Positions 42,785-52,801 of a DNA stretch of 64,000 nucleotides are shown piece after piece (position 1 is the stretch's first letter; every line of letters starts with the position of its first letter). Both the position numbers and the translations under genes were made by a program. The stretch covers positions 128,001 to 192,000 of the forward strand of contig CAVYBH010000013.1 in NCBI GenBank assembly GCA_963766715.1, read 5' to 3'. The stretch is from an uncultured delta proteobacterium (GTDB taxonomy: Bacteria; Myxococcota; Myxococcia; Myxococcales; Anaeromyxobacteraceae). Under the pieces are notes generated by a model, which saw only the letters and a program-made list of their open reading frames with translations, did not search any database and had not been told where the DNA came from.

Positions 42785-43828
42785 TCTTCCTCCTGGAGCT
42801 TCTTCAAGGCCTTCTCGAGATCGCGCACGCGCTTGATCAGCTCGGGCAGCTGGCGGACGCCCGCGCTCTCCTTCAGCCAGTCCTTGTGCAGGGTGGCCGG
42901 GTAGCCGCTGTAGGTCTCGCCGGCGCCGATGTCGTGCATGACCCCCGACTGGGCGCCGATGCGCGCGCCGTCGCCGATGTCGAGGTGCCCGACCAGCCCG
43001 ACCTGGCCCGCCAGGACCACGCCCATGCCCACCTTGGTGGAGCCGGAGATGCCCACCTGCGCCGCGGCCAGCGAGAGCGGCCCGAAGTCGACGTTGTGGG
43101 CGATCATGACCAGGTCGTCGATCTTGGCGCCCTTGCGGATCACCGTCCGCCCCAGCGTGGCGCGGTCGACGCAGCTGTTGGCGCCGAGCTCCACGTCGTC
43201 CTCCAGCTCGGCGATCCCCGACTGCGGGACCTTGAAGTGGCGCGGCCCCGAGCCGTCGCCCTCCATGTCGAAGGCGAAGCCGAAGCCGTCGCCTCCCACC
43301 ACCGCGCCGGGCTGCAGGATGCAGCGATCCCCGACGATGCAGCGCTCGCGGACGACCACGTTCGGATGGAGGACGCAGTCGTCGCCGATCCGCGCACCCT
43401 CCCCGATCGACCACCCCGGGGAACAGGATGGTCCGCGCGCCCACCGTCGCGCCCGGTCCCACGTACGCGAAGTCCCTCACCTCGGCGCTGGGGTCGACCC
43501 GGGCTCCCGGCGCGATGGAGGCGCGGGAGGAGATCTCCGGAACGGATTCCCTGGGTGGATGGAACAGGGTCGAGATCTTGGCGAAGGCGAGGTAGGCGTT
43601 GCCGGCGCGGAGCAGGCTTCGCCCCGGCGCGGCCTCGTCGCCCTCGCCCACGATCACCGCCCCGGCCCGGCTCGCCGCGTACCGGGAGGCGTACTTCCGG
43701 TTCGCGAAGAAGCTGATGTCCGAGGGACCCGCGTCCTCGAGCGGCATCACCCGCTCGATGACGAGGGATCCGTCCCCCTCGACCCGGCCTCCGACCCGCT
43801 CCGCCAGCTCGGCGAGGGTGAAGTGCAC
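42781..43828 (-). CDS. lpxD: UDP-3-O-acylglucosamine N-acyltransferase (apparent frameshift near 43410)
   Basis: GDGFGF, VPQSG, CVDR, KIDDLVMIAHNV, GQVG. Confidence 0.95.
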
Positions 43829-43836
43829 GGGGCCTC

Positions 43837-44412
43837 CTACTTCGCGGCGGGAGCCGGCTTGGCGGCGGGCTTCTTGGCGGCCGGCGCGGTCGCGCCCTTG
43901 TACTTGGCGTTGTAGCGCCGGACGAGCTCGGCCGTCATGTTGGCCTGCGGCGGGGCCACGATGAGCCCGGCGTTCTGCTGCTCGAACACGTAGGCGTAGC
44001 CCTCGGCGGCCGCGATGTCCTTGATGACGACCTCCATCTTGTCGAAGATGACCTTCATCATCTCGCGCTCGCGGTCGGACAGGTCCTTCTGCATCTGCAC
44101 GTAGACCTGCTGCATGTCGTTGACCTTGCGCTCGAACTCCATGGCCTTGTCGCGCCGGGCCTCCTCCGACATGACCACCATCTGCTTGTCGAGGTCCTCC
44201 TTCATCTTCTTCAGCTCGTTCTGCTTCTCGTCGAGCATCTTCTGCTTCTGGTCGAACTCCTTCTTGAGGGCGTCGCGGGCGGCCTTGCCCTCCTCGACCT
44301 CGGTGACGGCCTGCTGGAGGTTGACGTAGCCGATCTTGAGCTCGGCGGCGTGGGCGGCGCGGGGGACGGCGATCGCCAGCGCGAGGGCGGCGAGGACGGT
44401 GACGTGACGCAT
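43837..44412 (-). CDS. skp: OmpH/Skp periplasmic chaperone
   Basis: Signal peptide, KIGYVN, coiled coil; between bamA and lpxD. Confidence 0.92.
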   Translation of the reverse strand: MRHVTVLAALALAIAVPRAAHAAELKIGYVNLQQAVTEVEEGKAARDALKKEFDQKQKMLDEKQNELKKMKEDLDKQMVVMSEEARRDKAMEFERKVNDMQQVYVQMQKDLSDREREMMKVIFDKMEVVIKDIAAAEGYAYVFEQQNAGLIVAPPQANMTAELVRRYNAKYKGATAPAAKKPAAKPAPAAK

Positions 44413-44432
44413 GGTTTCTCCTCTTGGATCGG

Positions 44433-46934
44433 TCAGAAGAAGCTGCCGATGGTGAACTGGAAGTCGACGGGTGCATCGATGTAGGCGCCGGTGATGGGAT
44501 CCTTGCGCCTGTTGAGCGGGAAGCCCCATTCGAAGCGGAGCGGCCCGATGGGGCTGAACCAGCGGAAACCGAAGCCCCAGGACTTGTAGAGCGACCACGA
44601 CACGAAGGGGTCGGTGTAGGCCCCGGGCGCGAAGGCGTTGCCCATGTCGAAGAAGACCACGGCCCGGATCTGCATCTTCTCGATGATGGGGTACTCGAGC
44701 TCGAAGTTGAGCACGAGCTGCTTGTTGCCGCCCACCTGGAGCAGCCGCATGATCGAGTCCGGGTGGGCCGTGTTGCCCACCAGCGCCGCCGGCGAGATGG
44801 TGTAGAGCCGGTAGCCGCGGATGGTGTTGACGCCGCCCAGGTAGTAGAGCTCCGACACCGGCACGGGGTGGTTCTCGTCCCAGCCGCGCACCACGCCGGC
44901 CAGCAGGCGGAAGCGGCCGATCAGCCCCTGGAAGATGTCCTGGTAGAAGCGGAACTCCAGCGTCTCCCGGTAGAACAGGTTCACCTGGGAGCCGAAGATC
45001 GCCTCGGGCGCCAGGAACGGCGGCGCCAGGTCGAGCCCCGCCGACAGGTAGAAGCCGGAGGTGGGGAAGAGCCGGTTGTCGCGCCGATCCCAGGACACCG
45101 AGAGCCGCACGGCGCTCGTCACCCCGGAGCGGAAGCGGTTGTAGAGCAGGATGTCCTGGATCGACGACGTGACGCGGATGCGCTCGAGCGTGTACGTCCC
45201 GAAGACGCGCAGGTCGTCGAGCTTGGAGAAGGCGGGGATGAGCCAGGCCAGTCCGGTCAGCTCGTAGCCCCAGGTCAGGGAGCCGCCAATCGCACCACGC
45301 GTGAAGTTCGCGTAGAGGTTCTCGTTGGCGTAGAGGTCGAAGGCGAAGGTCCACTTCGTGTCGAAGAAGTAGGGCTCGACGAACTGGATCTGGCCGAGCT
45401 GGCGCAGCGACGACCACTGGACCTGGAGGGAGAGGGTCTGGCCCCAGCCGAAGAAGTTGTTCTGGCTGATCTGCGCGGTGAGGATGAAGTTCTCGTAGGA
45501 GGAGAATCCCGCGCCGACCTGGAACGTGCCGGTGGCCTTCTCCTTCACCTCGACCACCGCCACGATCCGGTCGTCGGTGCTGCCCTTCTTGGTGGAGATC
45601 TCGGCGGTCTCGAAGAAGCCGAGCGCCATGATGCGCTGCTTCGAGAGCTTGATGGCCGAGGCGCTGTACAGGTCGCCCTCGTAGATGCGCAGCTCGCGCC
45701 GGACCACCTTGTCGCGGGTCTTGGCGTTGCCCACGATCTCGATGCGCTCGAAGAACACCTTCTGGCCGGGTTGCACGTCGAACACGAGCCCCAGCGTCCT
45801 GGCCTTCTGGTCCAGGTTCGTCAGCGGGTTCACGTTGACGTAGGCGTACCCCATGTCCTTGTAGAAGTCGGCCACCGCGAAGAGGTCGTGCCCGACCTTC
45901 GACCGGACGAAGAGCTCACCCGGAGTGGACTGGAGCAGCGAGGGCAGGAAGGGGCGCATCCCCAGCAGCTCGCCGCTGAAGTCGACCGTGCCGATGGTGT
46001 ACTGCTCGCCCTCGTCGATGGGGATGCTGATGAAGAGGGAGCTGCGGTCGGGGGAGAGGGCGATCGACGGCTTGCCGACCTTGACGTTGACGTAGCCCTT
46101 CTCGAGGTAGACCGCCTGGATGGCCTGGAGGTCGCGCTGGAAGGCGTCCTCCTTGTAGGTGCCGGCCGACGACAGGAAGGCCAGGAAGCTCCCCTCCTGC
46201 GTCTGCATGTACGGGAGGATCTCGTCCTTCGGGATGTGCTCGTTGCCGACGAAGTGGACGCGCCGGACCTGGACCTTGGCCCGCTCGTTGACGACGAAGA
46301 CCACCACCACCTGGTTGTCGGGCTTGTCCTCCAGCTTCGAGGTCACCTCGGCGAGGTAGAAGCCCTTCTCGGTGTACTTCTCCTGGATCTTCTTCACCGT
46401 CTTCCGGACCGCGGCGGTGTCCAGGATGGCGTAGCGCTTGACCTCGATCGACTCCTTGAGGTCGTCGGCGGAGAGCTCGTCGTTGCCCTCGATGCGGTAA
46501 TCCTGCACGGAGGGCTTCTCGACCACCCGGACCACCAGGGTGGGACGCTCCGGGCTGCCCTTCTCCTCGATGCCGACGTCGGCGAAGTACCCGAGCTTCA
46601 TCACCGCCCGGACGTCCTGCTGGATCGACTTCGCGTCGACCGCCATGCCCACCTTGGTGACCATCGCGCCCTTGATGGCATCCACCTCGACGCGCCGGTT
46701 TCCCTCGACCTCGATGGCCCCGACGGTGGGGCCGGAGGGAGCGGGGGGCTCGGCCTCGGCGGGCGCGACTCCCGCGGGTGCGACCACGGCCGCGGGTGGA
46801 ATCGATGCGGCAGGGGCGACGGCCTGGGGCGGCGTCTCCGCCGGGGGCGCCACGGCGGGCGGGGCCTGGCCGCCCGCAAGGGTCGGCCCGACCAGCAGGC
46901 ACACGATCAGGGCGATGGGGAGGGGGCTCCTCAC
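44433..46934 (-). CDS. bamA: Outer-membrane assembly factor BamA (start uncertain: 46934 or 46979)
   Basis: POTRA repeats (EGNRRV, GNAKTRDKVVRRE), LGGVNTIRGY, SPIGPLRF, C-terminal Phe. Confidence 0.95.
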   Translation of the reverse strand: MRSPLPIALIVCLLVGPTLAGGQAPPAVAPPAETPPQAVAPAASIPPAAVVAPAGVAPAEAEPPAPSGPTVGAIEVEGNRRVEVDAIKGAMVTKVGMAVDAKSIQQDVRAVMKLGYFADVGIEEKGSPERPTLVVRVVEKPSVQDYRIEGNDELSADDLKESIEVKRYAILDTAAVRKTVKKIQEKYTEKGFYLAEVTSKLEDKPDNQVVVVFVVNERAKVQVRRVHFVGNEHIPKDEILPYMQTQEGSFLAFLSSAGTYKEDAFQRDLQAIQAVYLEKGYVNVKVGKPSIALSPDRSSLFISIPIDEGEQYTIGTVDFSGELLGMRPFLPSLLQSTPGELFVRSKVGHDLFAVADFYKDMGYAYVNVNPLTNLDQKARTLGLVFDVQPGQKVFFERIEIVGNAKTRDKVVRRELRIYEGDLYSASAIKLSKQRIMALGFFETAEISTKKGSTDDRIVAVVEVKEKATGTFQVGAGFSSYENFILTAQISQNNFFGWGQTLSLQVQWSSLRQLGQIQFVEPYFFDTKWTFAFDLYANENLYANFTRGAIGGSLTWGYELTGLAWLIPAFSKLDDLRVFGTYTLERIRVTSSIQDILLYNRFRSGVTSAVRLSVSWDRRDNRLFPTSGFYLSAGLDLAPPFLAPEAIFGSQVNLFYRETLEFRFYQDIFQGLIGRFRLLAGVVRGWDENHPVPVSELYYLGGVNTIRGYRLYTISPAALVGNTAHPDSIMRLLQVGGNKQLVLNFELEYPIIEKMQIRAVVFFDMGNAFAPGAYTDPFVSWSLYKSWGFGFRWFSPIGPLRFEWGFPLNRRKDPITGAYIDAPVDFQFTIGSFF

Positions 46935-46999
46935 GGAGCCGCGGAATCTAGTGCATGCCCGGGAAAACCTCAAAGGCAATTGGCTACCTTACCGGTCGT

Positions 47000-47674
47000 C
47001 TAGGCCAGGCGCCCGGCCACCAGCCGGACGCGCCTGCCCAGCGACTCTGCCAGGGTCTCGTTGTGGGTGACGACCACCCCGGTGATCCCGAGGTCCCGGT
47101 TGAGTTCCTGCAGGAGTGCGTGGATGCCCGCGGCGGTCTGCGGATCCAGGTTGCCGGTGGGCTCGTCCGCCAGCAGCAGGCGCGGCTGGAGGACCAGTGC
47201 GCGCGCCAGCGCCACCCGCTGCTGCTCGCCCCCGGAGAGCTCACCGGGGCGATGCCCCACCCGCGACGAGAGCCCCACCCGGTCGAGGCTCTCCTCGGCG
47301 CGCCGGCGGGACTCCCCGCGGGAGAGCCGGCGCACCAGCCCGGGCATCATCGCGTTCTCGAGGGCCGTGAACTCGGGCAGGAGGTGGTGGCTCTGGAACA
47401 CGAACCCCACCGACTCGTTCCGGAAGCGGGCCAGGTCGTCCTCGTCGAGCGAGGCCAGGTCGATCCCCTCGAAGAGGATGCGCCCGGAGGTCGGCGAGTC
47501 GAGGGCGCCCACCAGGTGGAGGAAGGTGCTCTTGCCCGCGCCGGAGGGGCCCGTCAGCGCCACCATCTCGCCCGCCGCGATCTCCAGGCTGACGCCCTGG
47601 AGCACGGGCAGCGGCCGGCCACCGGCGAGGTAGACCTTGGAGAGCCCCTCGATGGAGAGCAAGGGCGGCGCCAT
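47000..47674 (-). CDS. lolD: Lipoprotein-releasing ABC transporter ATPase
   Basis: [28 protein letters not shown]. Confidence 0.92.
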   Translation of the reverse strand: MAPPLLSIEGLSKVYLAGGRPLPVLQGVSLEIAAGEMVALTGPSGAGKSTFLHLVGALDSPTSGRILFEGIDLASLDEDDLARFRNESVGFVFQSHHLLPEFTALENAMMPGLVRRLSRGESRRRAEESLDRVGLSSRVGHRPGELSGGEQQRVALARALVLQPRLLLADEPTGNLDPQTAAGIHALLQELNRDLGITGVVVTHNETLAESLGRRVRLVAGRLA

Positions 47675-49569
47675 CACTCGCTCCTCAGGCCGTCGACCGG
47701 CTCGAGCCGGGCGGCGCGGGTGGCCGGGTAGATGGTGGCGAGGTACGAGAGCGCCAGCGCCGCCAGCGCGACCAGCGCGAAGTCGCCGCCGTCGACGAGC
47801 ACCGGGAGGTGGCTGATGTAGTAGACCTCCGGGTCGAGCGGGATCCCCACCTTCGAGATCAGCGTGGTGGTGCCCAGGCCGAGCAGCAGCCCGAACCCGG
47901 TTCCCACCGCCCCGATGGCCAGCCCCTCGGCCACGAAGATCTTCATGATGCTCGTGGTGGTCGCGCCCATCGACCGGAGCACGGCGATCTCCCGGGTCTT
48001 CTCCAGCACCAGCATGACGAGGGTGGCGACCACGATGAAGCTCGCGACCAGCATGATGAAGCCGAGGATCACCGCCATGGCGATGCGCTCCATCATCAGG
48101 GCGGAGAAGAGGTTGCGGTTCATCTCGCCCCAGTCCTTGGTCCGGAACGGATAGCCCTCGAGAACCCCGAGCACCCGGCGCATGACCGGCCGGGCGGTGT
48201 TCACGTCCTTCATCTTGAGCTCGAGGCCGGTGACCGAGTCGCCGGTCCCGAAGAAGCGCTGGGCCTCGGCGAGCTGGAGATACGCGAACTTGGCGTCGTA
48301 CTCGTAGAAGCCGCTGAAGAGGATCCCCGCCACGCGGAAGGGCCGGCTCTTGGGCTGCGGCCCGGCCGGCCCGATGTCGCCGAAGGGCGAGACCACGTTC
48401 ACCACGTCCCCGACGCCCACGCGCAGCCCGCGCGCCAGCTCCCGGCCGAGCAGGATCCCGGGCAGCTTCTCCTGGGCCGCCGGCGCACCCGGGGGCGGCG
48501 CCTTCTCGTTTCCCTCGAACGCGTCTCGCAGGCTGGTGCGCGGCGACGCCTCCGGGATCTCCTCCGGATGGTCCAGCCACTCGAGGCGGCCCTTTTCCAG
48601 GTTCTTCGGGATCTCGGTGACGCGCCCGACCGTCGTGGTGTCGATGCCCTTCAGCACCGAGCCGGTCAGGTTCTGCCCGGCCGAGAGCATGACCTCGGCG
48701 TAGAGGAAGGGGGTCGAGGCCGCCACGCCGGGGACGCCGACCACCCGGTCCTGCACCCCCCGCCAGTCGGTGAAGTCGTTCTGCCCGTACTTGAGGACCA
48801 CGCCGTGGGCGTGCGCCCCGAGGATCTTGGACTTCAGATCCTGCTCGAAGCCGCTCATCACCGAGAGGACCACGGTGAGGGCCCACACCCCGGTGGCCAC
48901 GCCGCCGATGGAGATGAGGGTCATCAGCATGGTCGCGGGGAGTCGCGGGCGATCGTGGGGCTGCCCGGCCAGGGCGGCGCGGCGCGCCAGCCGGTCCTGC
49001 CAGGCCGACCAGGCCACCCCGGCCAGCATCCCGGGCAGGACGCCGGTCACCACGATGAGGAAGAGCGCCCCGAGCATCCGGGCGTTCAGGCGGAGGTGGC
49101 TGCGGGCCACGTAGAGCTCGTAGCCCAGGGACGGGTCGAACCGGCCCGAGCCGGAGAGCAGGAAGGCGAGCGTCGAGCCGAGGAAGGCGAGCGCACCTGA
49201 CGAGACGCAGGTGAGCGACAGGCCCGCCATCAGCACCACCCTCCCCTGGTACTGCCAGGTGTGCAGCACGAGCGGCAGGCCGCGCAGGGAAGGCAGCAGG
49301 AGCACGAGCGGCCCGAGCGCGAGCGCCACGAGGAGCAAGGTCGCCGCCACGATCTCGTAGAAGGCCAGGCGGCGGCCGACGACCGACGCGGCCGCGCCGC
49401 CCCCCACCGCCCAGGCCGCCCCGGCGGCGATCGCCAGGGCCGAGGCGGTGCCGGACGGGAGCCCGAGGCGGTCGGAGAGGAAGACGTGCCCGAGCGCCGC
49501 CAGCGGGGGTGCGAGGAGCACCCCGGCGGCCGCCAGCGCGAAGGCGCGCCACGAGAAGACCGGCGCCAA
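47674..49569 (-). CDS. lolC: LolC/E-type lipoprotein-releasing permease with extra N-terminal TM region
   Basis: ISIGGVA..VLSVMSGF, EKTREIAVLRSMGA, EVYYIS, YPATRAA. Confidence 0.9.
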   Translation of the reverse strand: MAPVFSWRAFALAAAGVLLAPPLAALGHVFLSDRLGLPSGTASALAIAAGAAWAVGGGAAASVVGRRLAFYEIVAATLLLVALALGPLVLLLPSLRGLPLVLHTWQYQGRVVLMAGLSLTCVSSGALAFLGSTLAFLLSGSGRFDPSLGYELYVARSHLRLNARMLGALFLIVVTGVLPGMLAGVAWSAWQDRLARRAALAGQPHDRPRLPATMLMTLISIGGVATGVWALTVVLSVMSGFEQDLKSKILGAHAHGVVLKYGQNDFTDWRGVQDRVVGVPGVAASTPFLYAEVMLSAGQNLTGSVLKGIDTTTVGRVTEIPKNLEKGRLEWLDHPEEIPEASPRTSLRDAFEGNEKAPPPGAPAAQEKLPGILLGRELARGLRVGVGDVVNVVSPFGDIGPAGPQPKSRPFRVAGILFSGFYEYDAKFAYLQLAEAQRFFGTGDSVTGLELKMKDVNTARPVMRRVLGVLEGYPFRTKDWGEMNRNLFSALMMERIAMAVILGFIMLVASFIVVATLVMLVLEKTREIAVLRSMGATTTSIMKIFVAEGLAIGAVGTGFGLLLGLGTTTLISKVGIPLDPEVYYISHLPVLVDGGDFALVALAALALSYLATIYPATRAARLEPVDGLRSE

Positions 49570-49572
49570 GGG

Positions 49573-51114
49573 CTACTCGCGGGGCTTGAGGAGCGGGAAC
49601 AGGATCACGTCCCGGATGGACGACGAGTCGGTGAGCAGCATGGCGACGCGGTCGATGCCGATTCCCTCTCCCGCGGTGGGCGGCATGCCGTGCTCGAGCG
49701 CCCGGACGAAGTCCTCGTCGAAGGGCATGGCCTCCTCGTCGCCTGCGGCGCGGGAGCGGACCTGGGCCTCGAAGCGGGCCCGCTGGTCGGCGGGGTCGTT
49801 CAGCTCGCTGAAGGCGTTCGCGACCTCCATGCCGGCCGCGAACATCTCGAACCGGTCGACGAGCCGGGGGTCGGAGTCCCGTCGGCGGGAGAGCGGGCTG
49901 GTCTCGATCGGCCAGTCGACCACGAAGGCCGGGCGGTCCTTGGGGAGCTGGTGCTCGCAGAAGATCTCGAAGGCCAGCGCGATGGCCTCGCCGGGGGAGA
50001 CCTTGGCGGCCTTCTCCAGCTTCCAGGCGTCCTCGCTGTCCCCCTCGCGGGTCGCGGCGCGCGCCAGGGCCTCGGCCAGGCCGCGCCCGGCGAGCGCGTC
50101 CTCCGGGGAGAGCCCGAGCGCCTTCGCGCCCATCTCCAGCAGGGAGACGCGCGGGAAGGGCGGCGTGAAGTCGATCTCCTGCCCCTGGAAGGTGACCCGG
50201 GCCGAGCCGGTGACCTTCACGGCCAGCTCGTGGAAGAGCTCCTCGGTCAGCCGGATCAGGTCCTCGTGGGTGGCGTAGGCCTGGTAGAACTCGATGGTCG
50301 TGAACTCCGGGTTGTGGCGCCGGTCGATGCCCTCGTTGCGCCAGATGCGCCCGATCTCGTAGACCCGCTCCAGCCCGCCGACCACCAGCCGCTTGAGGTG
50401 GAGCTCGGTGGCGATGCGGAGCTTGAGATCCATCCCCAGCGCGTTGTGGTGGGTCTCGAAGGGGCGGGCGGCGGCGCCGCCGGCCTCCTCCGGCTTGTGC
50501 AGCGTGGGGGTCTCGACCTCCAGGTAGCCGCGCTCGTCGAGGAAGCGCCGGATGGTGGAGACGATGCGCGCCCGCTTCTGGAAGGTCTCCTTCACGCCGG
50601 GCGTGGCCACCAGGTCGAGGTAGCGCTGGCGGTAGCGCTGCTCCACGTCGGCCAGCCCGTGCCACTTCTCCGGCAGGGGCCGGATGGCCTTGGTGAGGAT
50701 GGTGAAGGTCGCGGCCTCCACGGTGAGCTCGCCGGTCTTGGTGCGGGTGGCCGGCCCCTTCGCCGCGATCACGTCGCCCACGTCGAGGAGCTTGAAGACC
50801 TCGAAGCCGGCCTCGCCCACGCGGTCCTTCTTCACCCAGACCTGGATGTCGCCGGACCGGTCGCGGACCTTGAGGAAGGCGGCCTTGCCGAAGCTGCGCA
50901 CCGCGAGCACCCGCCCGGCCACCGACCAGTCGCCGGGGTCCTGGGCGATGACGTCGGCCGGCGCTTCCCCGTAGCGGGCGTGCAGGTCGCTGGCCAGGTG
51001 CGCCGGCGCGTGGCCGTTGCCCCACGGGTTCACTCCGAGCCGGCGCAGCTCCTCGGCCTTCTTGAGGCGCTGCGCGACGATCTCGCGTTCGGTGGCTCCC
51101 AGTTCCTCGGACAT
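49573..51114 (-). CDS. lysS: Lysine--tRNA ligase (class II)
   Basis: RYRQRYLDL, GGAAARPF, RNEG, HNPEFT, GMPPTAGEGIGIDR. Confidence 0.98.
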   Translation of the reverse strand: MSEELGATEREIVAQRLKKAEELRRLGVNPWGNGHAPAHLASDLHARYGEAPADVIAQDPGDWSVAGRVLAVRSFGKAAFLKVRDRSGDIQVWVKKDRVGEAGFEVFKLLDVGDVIAAKGPATRTKTGELTVEAATFTILTKAIRPLPEKWHGLADVEQRYRQRYLDLVATPGVKETFQKRARIVSTIRRFLDERGYLEVETPTLHKPEEAGGAAARPFETHHNALGMDLKLRIATELHLKRLVVGGLERVYEIGRIWRNEGIDRRHNPEFTTIEFYQAYATHEDLIRLTEELFHELAVKVTGSARVTFQGQEIDFTPPFPRVSLLEMGAKALGLSPEDALAGRGLAEALARAATREGDSEDAWKLEKAAKVSPGEAIALAFEIFCEHQLPKDRPAFVVDWPIETSPLSRRRDSDPRLVDRFEMFAAGMEVANAFSELNDPADQRARFEAQVRSRAAGDEEAMPFDEDFVRALEHGMPPTAGEGIGIDRVAMLLTDSSSIRDVILFPLLKPRE

Positions 51115-51199
51115 CGAATCCGTTCCCTCGCGATCCTGGCCCTCGATCGGGCTGGCGCAGGCTAGACGGGGCGCTCCCCGCGGTCAACGCGCGATGACC

Positions 51200-52801
51200 T
51201 CAGAGGGCCGGGCTGTAGATCCGGTAGTCGATCTCCGGGAACAGGTTGTCGCGGGACTCGACCTGGTCGAGCCAGGTGCCGTCAATCTCGCCGGCGCGGA
51301 TCTGGTCGTGAAGGCGGGTGAAGCGGAGCACGTGCTCGCGGGTGCGGCGGATGGCGTAGTCGACCATGGTCCCGGTCTTCATGATGAAGGCCCAGTCGGA
51401 CGACTGCGCCAGCAGGAGCTCCCGGGCGGCCTGGTTGAGCGCCCGGCGGGTCTCGGCGTCGGGCTCCGGGAAGTCGCGGGCGAGCGCGATCATCCGCTCG
51501 GCCGCCTTGTGGAGGTGCCGGTAGATCCAGTCGTTCGAGCCGTCCAGCCAGACCCCGGCGTAGCCGCCCGCGCCCCAGGAGCAGAGCGGCGGCGTGGCCA
51601 CCTGCTGCTCCGGGTTCTCGCGCAGGTAGTCGCCGGGCGTGGCCAGGCGGAAGACCTTCTGGTCGAAGGCCACCTTCCGGACCAGGAAGTCGATGAACTG
51701 CGGCCCCTCGTACCACCAGTGGCCGTAGAGCTCGGCGTCGTACGGCGAGACCACCATGGGCTTCGTGCCGCCCATCTGGGAGGCCAGGTGCTCGATCTGC
51801 CGCTCCCGGTTCCACATGAAGTTGCCGGCGTGGGAGGCGGCGCGCTCCCGGGCGCGCCAGGGGTCGTACGGCTCCTTGTGCCCGCCCTTGCCGGTGATGC
51901 GGAAGTACTTGATGCCCACGTTCTTCCGGTTGCCGTCGGGCTGGATCCAGGGGCGCACGTACTCCCAGTCCAGGTCCCAGCCCACGTCCCGGTAGAACTC
52001 CCGGTACTCGGGATCGCCGGGGTAGCCGTGCTCGGAGCTCCACACCTGCTGCGAGGACTCGGCGTCGCGTCCGAAGGCGGCCGGGCCGCTCGCGGTGTAG
52101 ACCGGCGCGTAGGCCCCGAAGCGCGGGCGCGGGCGGGCGTCGGCGATCCCGTGGGTGTCGGTGAAGAAGTAGCGGATTCCCTGCTCCGCCAGCATCTCGT
52201 CCACGCCCGGATAGTAGCCGCACTCGGGAAGCCAGATCCCCGCCGGGCTCCGCCCGAAGTGACGCCGGTGGCTGGCCGCGGCCACCGCGATCTGGGCCCG
52301 GACCGCCTCCGGGTACTGCTGCATGAGCGGCAGGAAGCCGTGGGTGGCGCCGCAGGTCACGAGCTCGAGGCCGCCCTCGTCCTCGAGCCGCCGGAAGGCG
52401 CCCACCAGGTCCCGGCGGTAGCGATCCTCGAAGAGGCTCCGGAGCTCCCGGAACTCGTGGCGGTAGTGCTGGGCCAGCCCGTGGAAGGTGGGATCGTTGC
52501 GGGTCCGCCGCACCTCCTTCTCGGCCAGCTCGCAGAGCCCGTCCAGCTTGCGGGCGTAGCGGCTCACCAGCAGGTCGTCGCGCAGCATGGCGACGAGCGG
52601 CGGGGACATGGTCATCGAGATCCGGAACGGGATCCTCTCGTCGGTGAGCCGGTCGAACACCCGCAGGAGCGGCAGGTAGGTCTCGGTGATGGCCTCGTAG
52701 AGCCAGTCCTCCTCGAGGAAGTCCTTGTGCTCCGGGTGGCGCACGAACGGCAGGTGCGCGTGCAGGTGGAGCGAGAGGTAGCCGAGCACGTCGTGGGCCA
52801 T
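51200..52801 (-). CDS. GH57 (DUF1957) 1,4-alpha-glucan branching enzyme
   Basis: LHAHLPFV, ETYLPL, WLPECGY, YDAELYGHWWYEG, LAQSSDWAF. Confidence 0.93.
   Translation of the reverse strand: MAHDVLGYLSLHLHAHLPFVRHPEHKDFLEEDWLYEAITETYLPLLRVFDRLTDERIPFRISMTMSPPLVAMLRDDLLVSRYARKLDGLCELAEKEVRRTRNDPTFHGLAQHYRHEFRELRSLFEDRYRRDLVGAFRRLEDEGGLELVTCGATHGFLPLMQQYPEAVRAQIAVAAASHRRHFGRSPAGIWLPECGYYPGVDEMLAEQGIRYFFTDTHGIADARPRPRFGAYAPVYTASGPAAFGRDAESSQQVWSSEHGYPGDPEYREFYRDVGWDLDWEYVRPWIQPDGNRKNVGIKYFRITGKGGHKEPYDPWRARERAASHAGNFMWNRERQIEHLASQMGGTKPMVVSPYDAELYGHWWYEGPQFIDFLVRKVAFDQKVFRLATPGDYLRENPEQQVATPPLCSWGAGGYAGVWLDGSNDWIYRHLHKAAERMIALARDFPEPDAETRRALNQAARELLLAQSSDWAFIMKTGTMVDYAIRRTREHVLRFTRLHDQIRAGEIDGTWLDQVESRDNLFPEIDYRIYSPAL

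Noticed and set aside
47000..51187. Giant apparent fusions in the ORF track (47000..51187, 56788..61095, 7393..10686, 308..2524, 24542..27541)
   Set aside because: Only the terminal portions are real genes; the rest is stop-free off-frame sequence.
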